Shown: positions 18,585 to 26,959 of the stretch, piece after piece | How the letters are laid out: every line of letters starts with the position of its first letter | Position numbering within the stretch: position 1 is the stretch's first letter | From: a virus | Taxonomy: Duplodnaviria; Caudoviricetes | Length of the DNA: 62,484 bases | Strand: one strand, 5' to 3' | Virus record (IMG/VR): IMGVR_UViG_3300021963_000131 | Location: 1-62,484 of that record | Notes under the pieces: model-generated | What the model was told of the DNA's origin: nothing | Seen by the model: the letters and a program-made list of their open reading frames with translations, nothing else | Databases searched by the model: none | Translations under genes and position numbers: made by a program

Positions 18585-19186
18585 GCAGGCATGGGTAGGT
18601 TCGGTCTGGTTTGACAAGGTGCGGTCTGGTAGGGCAGGTCGGGTCGGGATAGGTGCGGTGCGGTTCGGCACGGAGAGGCTTGGCAGGTAGGGTTCGGTTC
18701 GGCAGAGTGAGATCCGGTCTGGTATGGCAGGGCAGGTATTGCAAGGTGTGATGGGGTCTGGTGCGATCAGGCGCGGATAGGTTGGGCAGGTGAGGTGGGG
18801 TGTGTTGCAATCAGGTTGGGTTATTTTGGTGAGGCAGGTCAGGCGTGGTGTGGTGGATGAGGTATGGAGGGATGCGTTTAGGCAGGTTTCGTATGGAACG
18901 GATGGGTATTACATGGTTCGGTTCGGCAGGTCTGGTCTTGTGCGACTAGGTTGGGAGCGGTGTTTGAGGTGTGGTCGGGCATGGTACGGCAGGTCTGGTG
19001 AGGTTAGGAGCGATAAGGTCAGGTGAGGATTGGTGGGGCAGGTTAGGTGACGTACGGTTGTATTGGTGTGGTGAGTTTCTTATGGCAGGTTAGGTGAGGT
19101 CGGGATAGGTGTCTTATGACAATTCTGGCAGGTGAGGTGAGGTCGGGTGCGAACCGGCAAGGTGGGGTGAGGTTTGTTATGGCAGG
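18584..19186 (+). repeat. Array of 12 units, each GGCA followed by GGY-NN pentamers; candidate guide-RNA array
   Basis: GGCAGG delimiters at 18584, 18633, 18682, 18731, 18785, 18833, 18881, 18925, 18988, 19037, 19084, 19127, 19181; unit lengths 49, 49, 49, 54, 48, 48, 44, 63, 49, 47, 43, 54; 5-nt periodicity. Confidence 0.9.
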
Positions 19187-19205
19187 TAATTTACAGGAGA
19201 TTTAC

Positions 19206-19373
19206 ATGGAAGATTTTGAAGTAGCACTTAGAGATCAGTTCGCTATGGCTGCTATCACGGGCATCCTTGCGGGTAAGTGGGGACAGATGCCTCAGTACAA
19301 ACCGGAAGAAGCTTTCGCTGACTTTGCGTACAAGATGGCAGACGCCATGATGAAACGGAGAGAAAAAGAATGA
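19206..19373 (+). CDS. Small phage protein (LRDQFAMAA...AY.MADAM type)
   Basis: AGGAG SD right after the array; likely start 19206. Confidence 0.7.
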   Translation: MEDFEVALRDQFAMAAITGILAGKWGQMPQYKPEEAFADFAYKMADAMMKRREKE

Positions 19374-19609
19374 GCATAATGAATCAAAACAAATTAGCAG
19401 AAACAATAACGCAACCCGTGTTTGTTCTGTACGGCATACCGTACTTGCCTAGCTACGTGGACAAGCATCGGTGGGTTGGCCCCGGTCGTCCCAGAGATCG
19501 CACTGAGTTCACAACTACACAACTTATAGCGAGTGGGGCACGACTCACTACAGCTAACTTGTGGGAAAGATCTTGGACAAAGGAGGTCAAGGGATGGAGA
19601 ATTTTATAG
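19370..19609 (+). CDS. Hypothetical protein
   Basis: ATGA coupling. Confidence 0.55.
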   Translation: MSIMNQNKLAETITQPVFVLYGIPYLPSYVDKHRWVGPGRPRDRTEFTTTQLIASGARLTTANLWERSWTKEVKGWRIL

Positions 19610-19734
19610 TTTTTATTATTGGGGTTTTGTTTGGGTTTATGTTCGGTGTGCTGTCTGGTAGACGAAGCATCGTGAAAGAAGCCCAAGCACTTGTAGCGCA
19701 AGCAATTATGGAGGTAAGGAAACATGCACGATAG
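19594..19734 (+). CDS. 46-aa single-transmembrane protein, not in the ORF track
   Basis: AAGGAGG SD; MENFIVFIIGVLFGFMFGVLSGRR... Confidence 0.6.
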   Translation: MENFIVFIIGVLFGFMFGVLSGRRSIVKEAQALVAQAIMEVRKHAR

Positions 19735-19966
19735 TGTTAACCATCCAAAACATTACACCTCACACCCTAGCGGCGTGGAGTGTATTGAAGTCACAGAACA
19801 TTTTAACTTTTGTATCGGCAATGCCATTAAATATCTTTGGCGAGCAGGGCTCAAAGGCGAGCAGGTTGAAGATCTGAGAAAGGCACGTTGGTATATCGAC
19901 CGTGAGATTGCACGGATACTGAACAACGCAGACGAACCTCCCTTCATGAAGAGGAGTGAGGAATGA
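19724..19966 (+). CDS. DUF3310-like protein (SaV / T7 gp1.7-related)
   Basis: VNHPKHY, ECIE, GNAIKYLWRAG.K and EDLRKA.WY signature. Confidence 0.85.
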   Translation: MHDSVNHPKHYTSHPSGVECIEVTEHFNFCIGNAIKYLWRAGLKGEQVEDLRKARWYIDREIARILNNADEPPFMKRSEE

Positions 19967-20148
19967 GCCCTGACTATAAGTTCGCCCTGCTTGCCGCATG
20001 GCTTGAGGGTTACGCCGAGGGCTTGCCTGATTACTGCACGACAGAGAAATTTAAAATAAAAGAAGCTGCTGAGTTATTAATGGAAGTGTACGAGCAGCGC
20101 ATGAAGGGGAAGGAAGAATGGAAACAACATGCGGGGGATAGAGCATGA
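19963..20148 (+). CDS. Hypothetical protein
   Basis: SD and ATGA coupling. Confidence 0.55.
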   Translation: MSPDYKFALLAAWLEGYAEGLPDYCTTEKFKIKEAAELLMEVYEQRMKGKEEWKQHAGDRA

Positions 20149-20357
20149 GCAAGATTATTAAGTTCACAGGTATAACAAAATTAGATTTACCAGTAGACAG
20201 GGTACTTGATGCGGCAAAAGAAACTCTTGATGGCGTAGTCATCATGGGTTACACGACAGACGGGGAAGAATATTTTGCGTCAACCTACGCCGATGGCGGC
20301 ACGGTGCTGTGGCTAACGGAACGCATGAAGAAGATGTTATTAGAGGTGGAAGCATGA
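20145..20357 (+). CDS. Hypothetical protein
   Basis: ATGA coupling. Confidence 0.6.
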   Translation: MSKIIKFTGITKLDLPVDRVLDAAKETLDGVVIMGYTTDGEEYFASTYADGGTVLWLTERMKKMLLEVEA

Positions 20358-20623
20358 GCAGAGAAGCTATAAAACAACCCGAAGCCTTGCAGATGGCTGA
20401 TGATTTGGATCACGAGTTCACGCAAGGCAGAATCAGTAATTACAACGGGCGCAAAGCCGCCGCCGAACTGCGCCGATTGCATGAGGTGAATCAGGATCTA
20501 CTGAAGGCACTCAACACAATCCTCAACATATGCTTGCTAGATAACGGGCACTGGGCCAAGACGATAGAACGCGAGGCTCATGAAGCCATCGCTAAAGCAA
20601 CAGGAGAGAAGAATCATGGATAG
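20354..20623 (+). CDS. Hypothetical protein (AAAELRRLH motif)
   Basis: GAGG SD and ATGA coupling. Confidence 0.6.
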   Translation: MSREAIKQPEALQMADDLDHEFTQGRISNYNGRKAAAELRRLHEVNQDLLKALNTILNICLLDNGHWAKTIEREAHEAIAKATGEKNHG

Positions 20624-20840
20624 AGAAGACATCATCCGCATGGCGCGGGAGGCTGGGTTTGAAGTTTACGGAACCGACGTATGGATAACCGATGGCTGGT
20701 GGCTAGAGGAACTTGAACGCTTCGCTGCCCTTGTCGCTGCTGCTGAGCGTGAGGCGTGTGCTTCCATTTGTTTTCAAGAGGGACCGTCAATAGACGGGGA
20801 GCTGATCGCCGCCGCAATCCGAGCAAGGGGAAACAAATGA
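20616..20840 (+). CDS. Small phage protein with EREACA...AIRARG motif, paralog 1
   Basis: AGGAG SD; MDREDIIRMAREAG start. Confidence 0.65.
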   Translation: MDREDIIRMAREAGFEVYGTDVWITDGWWLEELERFAALVAAAEREACASICFQEGPSIDGELIAAAIRARGNK

Positions 20841-21097
20841 ACCGCGAGGACATCATGACCCTGGTTGAACGTTACGCACTGGCAATGAGATTGGTAGATC
20901 GCCACGGAAATCAATATGGCGACCGCGACTTGTTGACGCTAACACATCAACAAATCCGAGAGGGTCTTAAGGCACTTGTTGTTTCTGAACGTGAAGAGTG
21001 TGCGAAGGTATGTGATGTGCTTGCTGTACATCCTGAATATGCGTCAGACATTACAAAGGTGGCCGCGCAAGCAATCCGAGCAAGGGGAGAGAAATGA
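20837..21097 (+). CDS. Small phage protein with EREECA...AIRARG motif, paralog 2
   Basis: ATGA coupling; shares N- and C-terminal motifs with paralog 1. Confidence 0.65.
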   Translation: MNREDIMTLVERYALAMRLVDRHGNQYGDRDLLTLTHQQIREGLKALVVSEREECAKVCDVLAVHPEYASDITKVAAQAIRARGEK

Positions 21098-21363
21098 GTG
21101 GCGATCACAACATGCACCAGAAAAGTAAAGGCAGTAAGAAAGGACTGTTCGATGACGTACCCCTTGTTAACCCTGACAGAGACAAAGCTTGGGAAGCATT
21201 CATCAAACGCAAAGATGTTAAAGCGATGATGAAACACAAAGAAGATTTTAAGTTCCCAGTTGATGGGTCATATGACCTGTGGTGTATCGTTTGGGAGAAG
21301 GCTTGGCATGAAGGTTTTGTTGAAGGTTGGAAAGCAGCAGGAGGAAAAACCCGTGAACCCTGA
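21094..21363 (+). CDS. Hypothetical protein
   Basis: SD and ATGA coupling. Confidence 0.6.
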   Translation: MSGDHNMHQKSKGSKKGLFDDVPLVNPDRDKAWEAFIKRKDVKAMMKHKEDFKFPVDGSYDLWCIVWEKAWHEGFVEGWKAAGGKTREP

Positions 21364-21562
21364 TACAAAAGTAAAGATCAAATCAACAGGCGAGATTGGC
21401 TACGTTGTTAAGGTAGATGAGGATGGGTTCGTGTGCTTGCGCATCCCCTCTACCAACGGCTGGCCTTTCCCGCACTATGCGTTTCTGCCCCGCGCTCAGC
21501 TACAAGTTGTTAAGCGTGACAAGCATGAAGACTTACAAGATATTGAGGAGGCTCCGTTTTGA
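21353..21562 (+). CDS. Small beta-rich hypothetical protein
   Basis: AGGAGG SD before GTG 21353. Confidence 0.55.
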   Translation: MNPDTKVKIKSTGEIGYVVKVDEDGFVCLRIPSTNGWPFPHYAFLPRAQLQVVKRDKHEDLQDIEEAPF

Positions 21563-21846
21563 GAACACCAGAGGGTAAGGTCAAAGACAAAGTCGTCAAG
21601 ATCCTTAAACAGTACGGGGTGTACTACTTCTTCCCTGTTACAGGTGGTTTCGGTATGTCAGGCATACCAGACATCATCTGCTGTCACAATGGACGGTTTA
21701 TTGCCATTGAGTGCAAAGCAGGGAAGAATAAGACCACAGCTCTACAAGACGCGCACCTTGCGCGTATTAGGGCAGCGGGTGGTGTAGCAGTTGTTATTAA
21801 CGAGGAGAATGTAAATGGACTTGCTGAAACAATCGGATGCGAATGA
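21559..21846 (+). CDS. VRR-NUC nuclease (putative Holliday junction resolvase)
   Basis: TPE, GIPD, IECKA and T.LQ motifs. Confidence 0.85.
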   Translation: MRTPEGKVKDKVVKILKQYGVYYFFPVTGGFGMSGIPDIICCHNGRFIAIECKAGKNKTTALQDAHLARIRAAGGVAVVINEENVNGLAETIGCE

Positions 21847-22048
21847 TATGGCGCAGGAACTCTTGGCTCGTGCAGTTAAGAGAGAACTTGTTGGCATCAT
21901 GATCATGGTTGACCCTGAGTCTGGGAAGTTGCAGTTGATGGGGCTCAACGCTGACATGGAGGACATGGTCAGCCTGATCTTAGAGGCACTGGACAGGGTT
22001 AAAACAATGTATAAAGAAAACATGCGTCCTGACAGGACGTTGCAATGA
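21815..22048 (+). CDS. Hypothetical protein
   Basis: GAGGAG SD; coupled to polA. Confidence 0.6.
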   Translation: MDLLKQSDANDMAQELLARAVKRELVGIMIMVDPESGKLQLMGLNADMEDMVSLILEALDRVKTMYKENMRPDRTLQ

Positions 22049-23982
22049 GAACACTTGTCGTTGATTTTGAAACACGTTGGGATAAAAAAGACTACACGCT
22101 CAGCAAGCTGACCACCGAGCAGTACATCAGGGACGAGCGGTTCAAAGCATTTGGGTTGTGCGTTAAAGAACTGGGTTCAGACGAAGATCCAGTATGGATT
22201 TCTCACAAAGATATTCCTGAGTTCGTAGCATCCGTCGATTGGGCGAGCACAGCAGTGCTGGCGCACAACGCGCAGTTTGATGTGGCGATCCTGTCATGGC
22301 GGTATGGCGCACAACCGGCACTAATCTTTGACTCGCTGTCTATGGCACGGGCGCTGCGCGGTGTGGAGGTGGGCAACAGTCTGGCTAAGCTGGCGCAGGA
22401 GTTTGGTCTGCCGCCTAAAGGTCAGGCAGTACACAGCACAGACGGGTTGGAGGAGTTGACCCCTGAGATTGAGAAAGAACTTGCTGAGTATTGTGCACAC
22501 GACACGTTCCTGTGTGAGCAGGTGTTTAACCGTCTGGTCGAGGGCTACCCTGCCAAGGAACTCAAGCTGATCGACATGACGTTGAAGATGTTCACGCAGC
22601 CTCGGCTGATGTTGGACGTGGCGTTGTTGAAAGAAGCAATAATTGATGAGGAGCGCAGACGTGGAGAATTACTGGGACGACTCGGAGTTGATGACAGCGC
22701 ACTGGCGAGTAGTGATCGATTTGCAGCTCTTCTACGTGGACTGGGAGTGGAGCCACCAACGAAGATCAGTAAGACCACAGGCAGACCAGCTTATGCGTTT
22801 GCTAAAAACGACGCGCTGTTTCAATCTCTGCTCAACGGTGATAATGAAGAAATTGCCCTGCTGTGCGAAGCAAGGCTCAGAGTTAAATCAACGCTCGAAA
22901 GAACCCGTGCTCAACGGTTCGTCGATATTGCATCGAGAGGCACACTGCCCGTTCCCCTTAACTACTACGGGGCTCATACGGGGAGATGGTCAGCCAGTAG
23001 AGGTTCAGGGCTCAATCTCCAAAATCTCAAACGTGGGTCTTTCCTACGTCGTTCCATTCTGGCTCCCGAAGGCCACAGCTTCGTCGTCTGCGACCTCTCA
23101 CAAATCGAACCACGAGTCCTCGCATGGGTTGCCGGATACGAAGAACTCTTAAACATCTTTAGGAGTGGGCAGGACGCATACGCTGCGTTTGGTGCACAGA
23201 TGTTTGGTATCCCCAACCTGTCCAAGGAGAGTCATCCTGAGCTAAGGCAGTCTGCCAAGTCAGCACTACTGGGCGCAGGGTACGGCATGGGGTGGTCGTC
23301 GTTTGCTGCGCAGTTATTAACAGGATTCCTTGGCGCACCTCCCATGCGGTACGACAAAGCTTTTGCTAAACAAGTTGGTGTAACAGCAGTCACTGCGCAC
23401 GACTTCCTGAAAGACAAGGAAGCGATGGCGCGGCTGGAGAAGATACCACGCACCTGTACCGATGAAGAGCTGTTCATCCATGCACTAGCTGCCAAGGCGA
23501 TCATCGACAAGTACCGACGTGCAGCGCACTTGGTGACAGACTTCTGGGCAATGTGTCAGTCAGCGATAGATCACTGTCTGCTCAAAGGTGAGGAGTACAC
23601 ATACAAAGGACTGCACTTCAGCAAGGGACAAATTCTCTTGCCAAACGGTATGAAGCTGCGTTATCCTGACATCAAATTCTCGAAAGAGAAGGGGGTGGTG
23701 TATGGCCCCGACGAGACTAAGCTGTACGGTGGGAAGCTGACCGAAAACATCGTTCAGGCGCTAGCTCGTATTGTGATGACTGATGGAATGCTGAGAACTC
23801 AAAAGAGGTACTCAGTGTGTTTAACCGTGCACGATGAAGAAGTAGTCATCGTGCCGGATGCCTATGTTCAAGAGGCAGAGCAGTGGGTCTTGGAGCAGAT
23901 GACAGTCGTACCGAAGTACATGCCGGGGATACCTCTGGCAGCGGAAGTTAGTTCAGCAAAACGATACGGAGAGGCAAAATGA
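22045..23982 (+). CDS. polA: Family A DNA polymerase with 3'-5' exonuclease domain
   Basis: ExoI DFET, HNAQFD, YC.HD, TGRWS, motif A DLSQIE, motif B RQSAKSALLGAGYG, motif C VHDE. Confidence 0.93.
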   Translation: MRTLVVDFETRWDKKDYTLSKLTTEQYIRDERFKAFGLCVKELGSDEDPVWISHKDIPEFVASVDWASTAVLAHNAQFDVAILSWRYGAQPALIFDSLSMARALRGVEVGNSLAKLAQEFGLPPKGQAVHSTDGLEELTPEIEKELAEYCAHDTFLCEQVFNRLVEGYPAKELKLIDMTLKMFTQPRLMLDVALLKEAIIDEERRRGELLGRLGVDDSALASSDRFAALLRGLGVEPPTKISKTTGRPAYAFAKNDALFQSLLNGDNEEIALLCEARLRVKSTLERTRAQRFVDIASRGTLPVPLNYYGAHTGRWSASRGSGLNLQNLKRGSFLRRSILAPEGHSFVVCDLSQIEPRVLAWVAGYEELLNIFRSGQDAYAAFGAQMFGIPNLSKESHPELRQSAKSALLGAGYGMGWSSFAAQLLTGFLGAPPMRYDKAFAKQVGVTAVTAHDFLKDKEAMARLEKIPRTCTDEELFIHALAAKAIIDKYRRAAHLVTDFWAMCQSAIDHCLLKGEEYTYKGLHFSKGQILLPNGMKLRYPDIKFSKEKGVVYGPDETKLYGGKLTENIVQALARIVMTDGMLRTQKRYSVCLTVHDEEVVIVPDAYVQEAEQWVLEQMTVVPKYMPGIPLAAEVSSAKRYGEAK

Positions 23983-24269
23983 AGCTACCCAAAACAATAG
24001 CTGTTGGCGATAAGAAGTACACGGTTATCAACACCACAACAAAAGAACCGTATGTACTAGGTTCTATTTCTTACACAAACTGCACCATCACAGTCAGTAC
24101 AAAAACACCACAACGTGTTGTACCAAAAGCCGAGCAAGCAGTTGTGTTCTGGCATGAGGTTGTCCATGCAATCCTGCACGACATCAAACCCAAACTCAAT
24201 AAAGACGAGAGGTTTGTAGAAGAGTTTGCCGAGAAGCTACATCAAGTAACCACATCCGCGAGGTTCTAA
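23979..24269 (+). CDS. Small HExxH metallopeptidase-like protein
   Basis: FWHEVVHAIL followed by DERFVE. Confidence 0.65.
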   Translation: MKLPKTIAVGDKKYTVINTTTKEPYVLGSISYTNCTITVSTKTPQRVVPKAEQAVVFWHEVVHAILHDIKPKLNKDERFVEEFAEKLHQVTTSARF

Positions 24270-24928
24270 TGAAAGCATGGTCTCACTCAGCACTCAAAGA
24301 CTTTGAAGGGTGTGCAAGACGTTATCACGAAGTACGTGTGTTAAAGAATTACGAACAGAAACCCACGGAACAGATCCGCTACGGTAAGGAGTTACACAAA
24401 GCCGCAGAAGATTACGTAAAAGATAACACCCCCATACCTCCACAGTTCTTATATGTGCAGCCCACGATTGATGCGCTGCTCGCTAAGCCGGGGACTAAGT
24501 ACGCTGAGCATGAGATGGGGCTGACCGTAGACCTGCGCCCATGTGGTTTCAAAGATGAGAACTGTTGGGTGCGTGGTATTGCTGATCTGTTGATCGTTGA
24601 TGAAGAAAGTTTAACTGCATGGGTGGTGGACTACAAGACGGGTAAGGACAAGTACCCTGACAAGGAACAGCTCACCCTGATGTCCCTCATGGTATTCGCG
24701 CACTTCCCAATCATACGCATGGTGAAGTCTGCTCTGTTATTTGTAGTGAAAGACACAATGGTCAAGCACAAGGTCATGCTTGAAGAAGCAACGACTTATT
24801 GGCAGGACTATCGTGAACGGGTAGCGCGTCTTGAAGCAGCGTTTGCTAACAACGTGTGGAACCCAACCGCAACACCACTCTGTCCGTGGTGTCCCGTAAA
24901 GACTTGCGAATTTAATAAGAGGCATTGA
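24269..24928 (+). CDS. Cas4/RecB-like PD-(D/E)xK exonuclease
   Basis: WSHS, G..LH, G.AD, DYKTG, QL and a C-terminal CxxC.....C cluster. Confidence 0.85.
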   Translation: MKAWSHSALKDFEGCARRYHEVRVLKNYEQKPTEQIRYGKELHKAAEDYVKDNTPIPPQFLYVQPTIDALLAKPGTKYAEHEMGLTVDLRPCGFKDENCWVRGIADLLIVDEESLTAWVVDYKTGKDKYPDKEQLTLMSLMVFAHFPIIRMVKSALLFVVKDTMVKHKVMLEEATTYWQDYRERVARLEAAFANNVWNPTATPLCPWCPVKTCEFNKRH

Positions 24929-24929
24929 T

Positions 24930-25169
24930 ATGACACAAGTTAACGGCAAACGTGATTACAAACACGCTTATAAATTACAGAAGAAATCAGGGGAAACCAA
25001 AGATCAAATTGAGCGCCAACGCGCAAGGAGAATGTATGACAAAGAAGGTATCGACCGAAACGGAAAACATATCGATCACAACGTGCCGATCCGAAACGGA
25101 GGAACTTCTAGCAAAAGCAACACGCGACTTAGATCCCCAAGTAAAAACATGGCTGACAACGGCAAGTGA
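24930..25169 (+). CDS. Small HNH-like endonuclease
   Basis: HIDH..P...GG....N.R......N pattern. Confidence 0.7.
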   Translation: MTQVNGKRDYKHAYKLQKKSGETKDQIERQRARRMYDKEGIDRNGKHIDHNVPIRNGGTSSKSNTRLRSPSKNMADNGK

Positions 25170-25365
25170 TGATGAGTTGATTGCTTTGTGGAGCGCACGT
25201 TATGGTGAAGGTTGGCGTGTCTCAAATTTAGAATATATAAAGCTTAAGTGGGAAGACAACTTTGATGCTTCGTTTGCCAGAGAAATGTCGCGCAGAGGAT
25301 TGATTGAAAGACACCACCACATGGCTGAGCAAGTAACCCTATACAAACTAAAATGCAAATCATAG
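24952..25365 (+). CDS. Hypothetical protein; true start probably near 25150-25170
   Basis: The 3' part fills the gap before the helicase; the 5' part overlaps the HNH gene. Confidence 0.35.
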   Translation: MITNTLINYRRNQGKPKIKLSANAQGECMTKKVSTETENISITTCRSETEELLAKATRDLDPQVKTWLTTASDDELIALWSARYGEGWRVSNLEYIKLKWEDNFDASFAREMSRRGLIERHHHMAEQVTLYKLKCKS

Positions 25366-26930
25366 AAAATAAAGCAGTGCTGCTCAGGACACGCAAGCCT
25401 GACAAATACACTGTCATACCAAGGAGTAAACATCTCGGAGAGGTAGCGCCCGGACTACATGAAGTGCTTGTGTTCTGGGGTTTGGACGAGATGCGTGTCT
25501 TGCGCAATCTGGGTGTTAAAGCTGTGCCGTCACCCATCAAGGCTAAATACAACTGGCCGGGAAAGCACAGACCGTTTGCACATCAGATTGAAACAGCATC
25601 GTTCTTAACACTGCATCGTCGTGCGTTTGTATTCAACGATCCCGGTACAGGCAAGACGCTGTCTGCGCTGTGGGCTGCTGACTACCTGATGAAGAAGGGT
25701 TACGTAAGACGTTGTCTTATTTTGTGCCCCCTGTCCATCATGCACGATGCGTGGATGAACGGTATAGCTAAGAGCGTGATACACCGCAGTGCTATCGTGG
25801 CACATCATCAACAGGCAGTGCGGCGTATTGAGATGGTGCAGGGTGACTATGAGTTTGTCGTCATTAACTATGACGGTCTGAACTTAATAGCAAACGAAGT
25901 TGTAGCAGACGGACGCTTTGATCTCATCATCGTTGATGAAGCCAACGCTTATAAGAACGTCAGCACACGTCGGTGGAAAGCACTCAACAAGTTGATAAAG
26001 CCTACTACGTATTTATGGATGATGACAGGCACACCCGCTGCGCAGTCACCTGCCGATGCCTATGGGCTAGCTAAACTTGTTAACCCAATGGGTGTGCCAC
26101 AGTTTCAAACGGCGTGGCGTGATAAGACAATGCTGAAGGTTACACAATTTAAGTGGGTTCCAAAGAAAGATGCTCACATGGTTGTGTTTGATGCGTTACA
26201 ACCAGCAATACGTTACACAAAAGAAGAATGCACAGACCTACCCCCTGTGCTTGTTGAGACACGTGATATACCACTAACTGCTCAACAAAAAAAGTATTAC
26301 ATGCTGCTGAAGGAACTCATGGTGGTGCAAGCGGCAAACACTACCATCTCAGCAGTCAACGCTGCGGCAGGTGTCAGTAAGCTGTTGCAGATTAGCGCGG
26401 GAGCAGCGTACACAGATGACAAGGAGGTAGTTGAGTTTGACTGCGCTCCTCGTCTATCGGTGTTGATGGAAGTGCTTGAAGAAACAAAACGCAAGGTGTT
26501 GGTGTTTGCTCCTTTCAGGCACAGCATTGACACAATCCATAACTATCTTAACAAGCATGGCGTTGCTAATGAGTTGATACACGGCGACATATCTGTAAGA
26601 AAAAGAACAGATATATTCAAACGCTTTCAGACGGAAGAGAATCCAAGACTGCTTGTCATACAGCCACAAGCTGCTGCGCACGGTGTGACGTTGACTGCTG
26701 CGGACACTGTTATCTTCTGGGGGCCAGTGATGTCTGTTGAGACTTATAAACAATGTATCGCTCGTTCAGATCGTATTGGGCAGGACTCGACCAAGGTGAC
26801 AGTCATCCACCTACAGGGTAGTGACATCGAGAGAAAAATGTTCCAGATGTTAGAAGAACGTGTTGACGATCATGCGCTGCTCATAAAACTTTACGAATCA
26901 TGCTTGCGCGATGACAGAATAAATGTATAA
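25353..26930 (+). CDS. SNF2-family helicase
   Basis: Motif I DPGTGKT, motif II IVDEA, motif III MTGTP, motif VI Q...RSDRIGQ. Confidence 0.92.
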   Translation: MQIIENKAVLLRTRKPDKYTVIPRSKHLGEVAPGLHEVLVFWGLDEMRVLRNLGVKAVPSPIKAKYNWPGKHRPFAHQIETASFLTLHRRAFVFNDPGTGKTLSALWAADYLMKKGYVRRCLILCPLSIMHDAWMNGIAKSVIHRSAIVAHHQQAVRRIEMVQGDYEFVVINYDGLNLIANEVVADGRFDLIIVDEANAYKNVSTRRWKALNKLIKPTTYLWMMTGTPAAQSPADAYGLAKLVNPMGVPQFQTAWRDKTMLKVTQFKWVPKKDAHMVVFDALQPAIRYTKEECTDLPPVLVETRDIPLTAQQKKYYMLLKELMVVQAANTTISAVNAAAGVSKLLQISAGAAYTDDKEVVEFDCAPRLSVLMEVLEETKRKVLVFAPFRHSIDTIHNYLNKHGVANELIHGDISVRKRTDIFKRFQTEENPRLLVIQPQAAAHGVTLTAADTVIFWGPVMSVETYKQCIARSDRIGQDSTKVTVIHLQGSDIERKMFQMLEERVDDHALLIKLYESCLRDDRINV

Positions 26931-26959
26931 TTCTTGACATAACAAAAGGAGAGTAAAAC

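Noticed and set aside
18466-19026. ORFs 18466-18810 (-) and 18790-19026 (+), and the 19116 extension of the next gene
   Set aside because: These are low-complexity translations of the pentamer array with no SD. The downstream gene most likely starts at 19206 after AGGAG.
18584-19186. Canonical CRISPR array
   Set aside because: There is no 23-47 bp direct repeat alternating with unique spacers. The constant part is only GGCAGG plus interspersed GGY triplets.
18584-19186. Simple microsatellite or G-quadruplex/telomere-like tract
   Set aside because: GG runs could form two-tier quadruplexes, but that does not explain the diverse NN positions, the regular GGCA phase resets or the adjacent RAMP-like gene. 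It is kept only as a fallback explanation.
24269-24928. Cas4-like nuclease as the adaptation module for the array
   Set aside because: It lies 5 kb away inside the replication operon, where such nucleases are common in phages, and no cas1 or cas2 is present.
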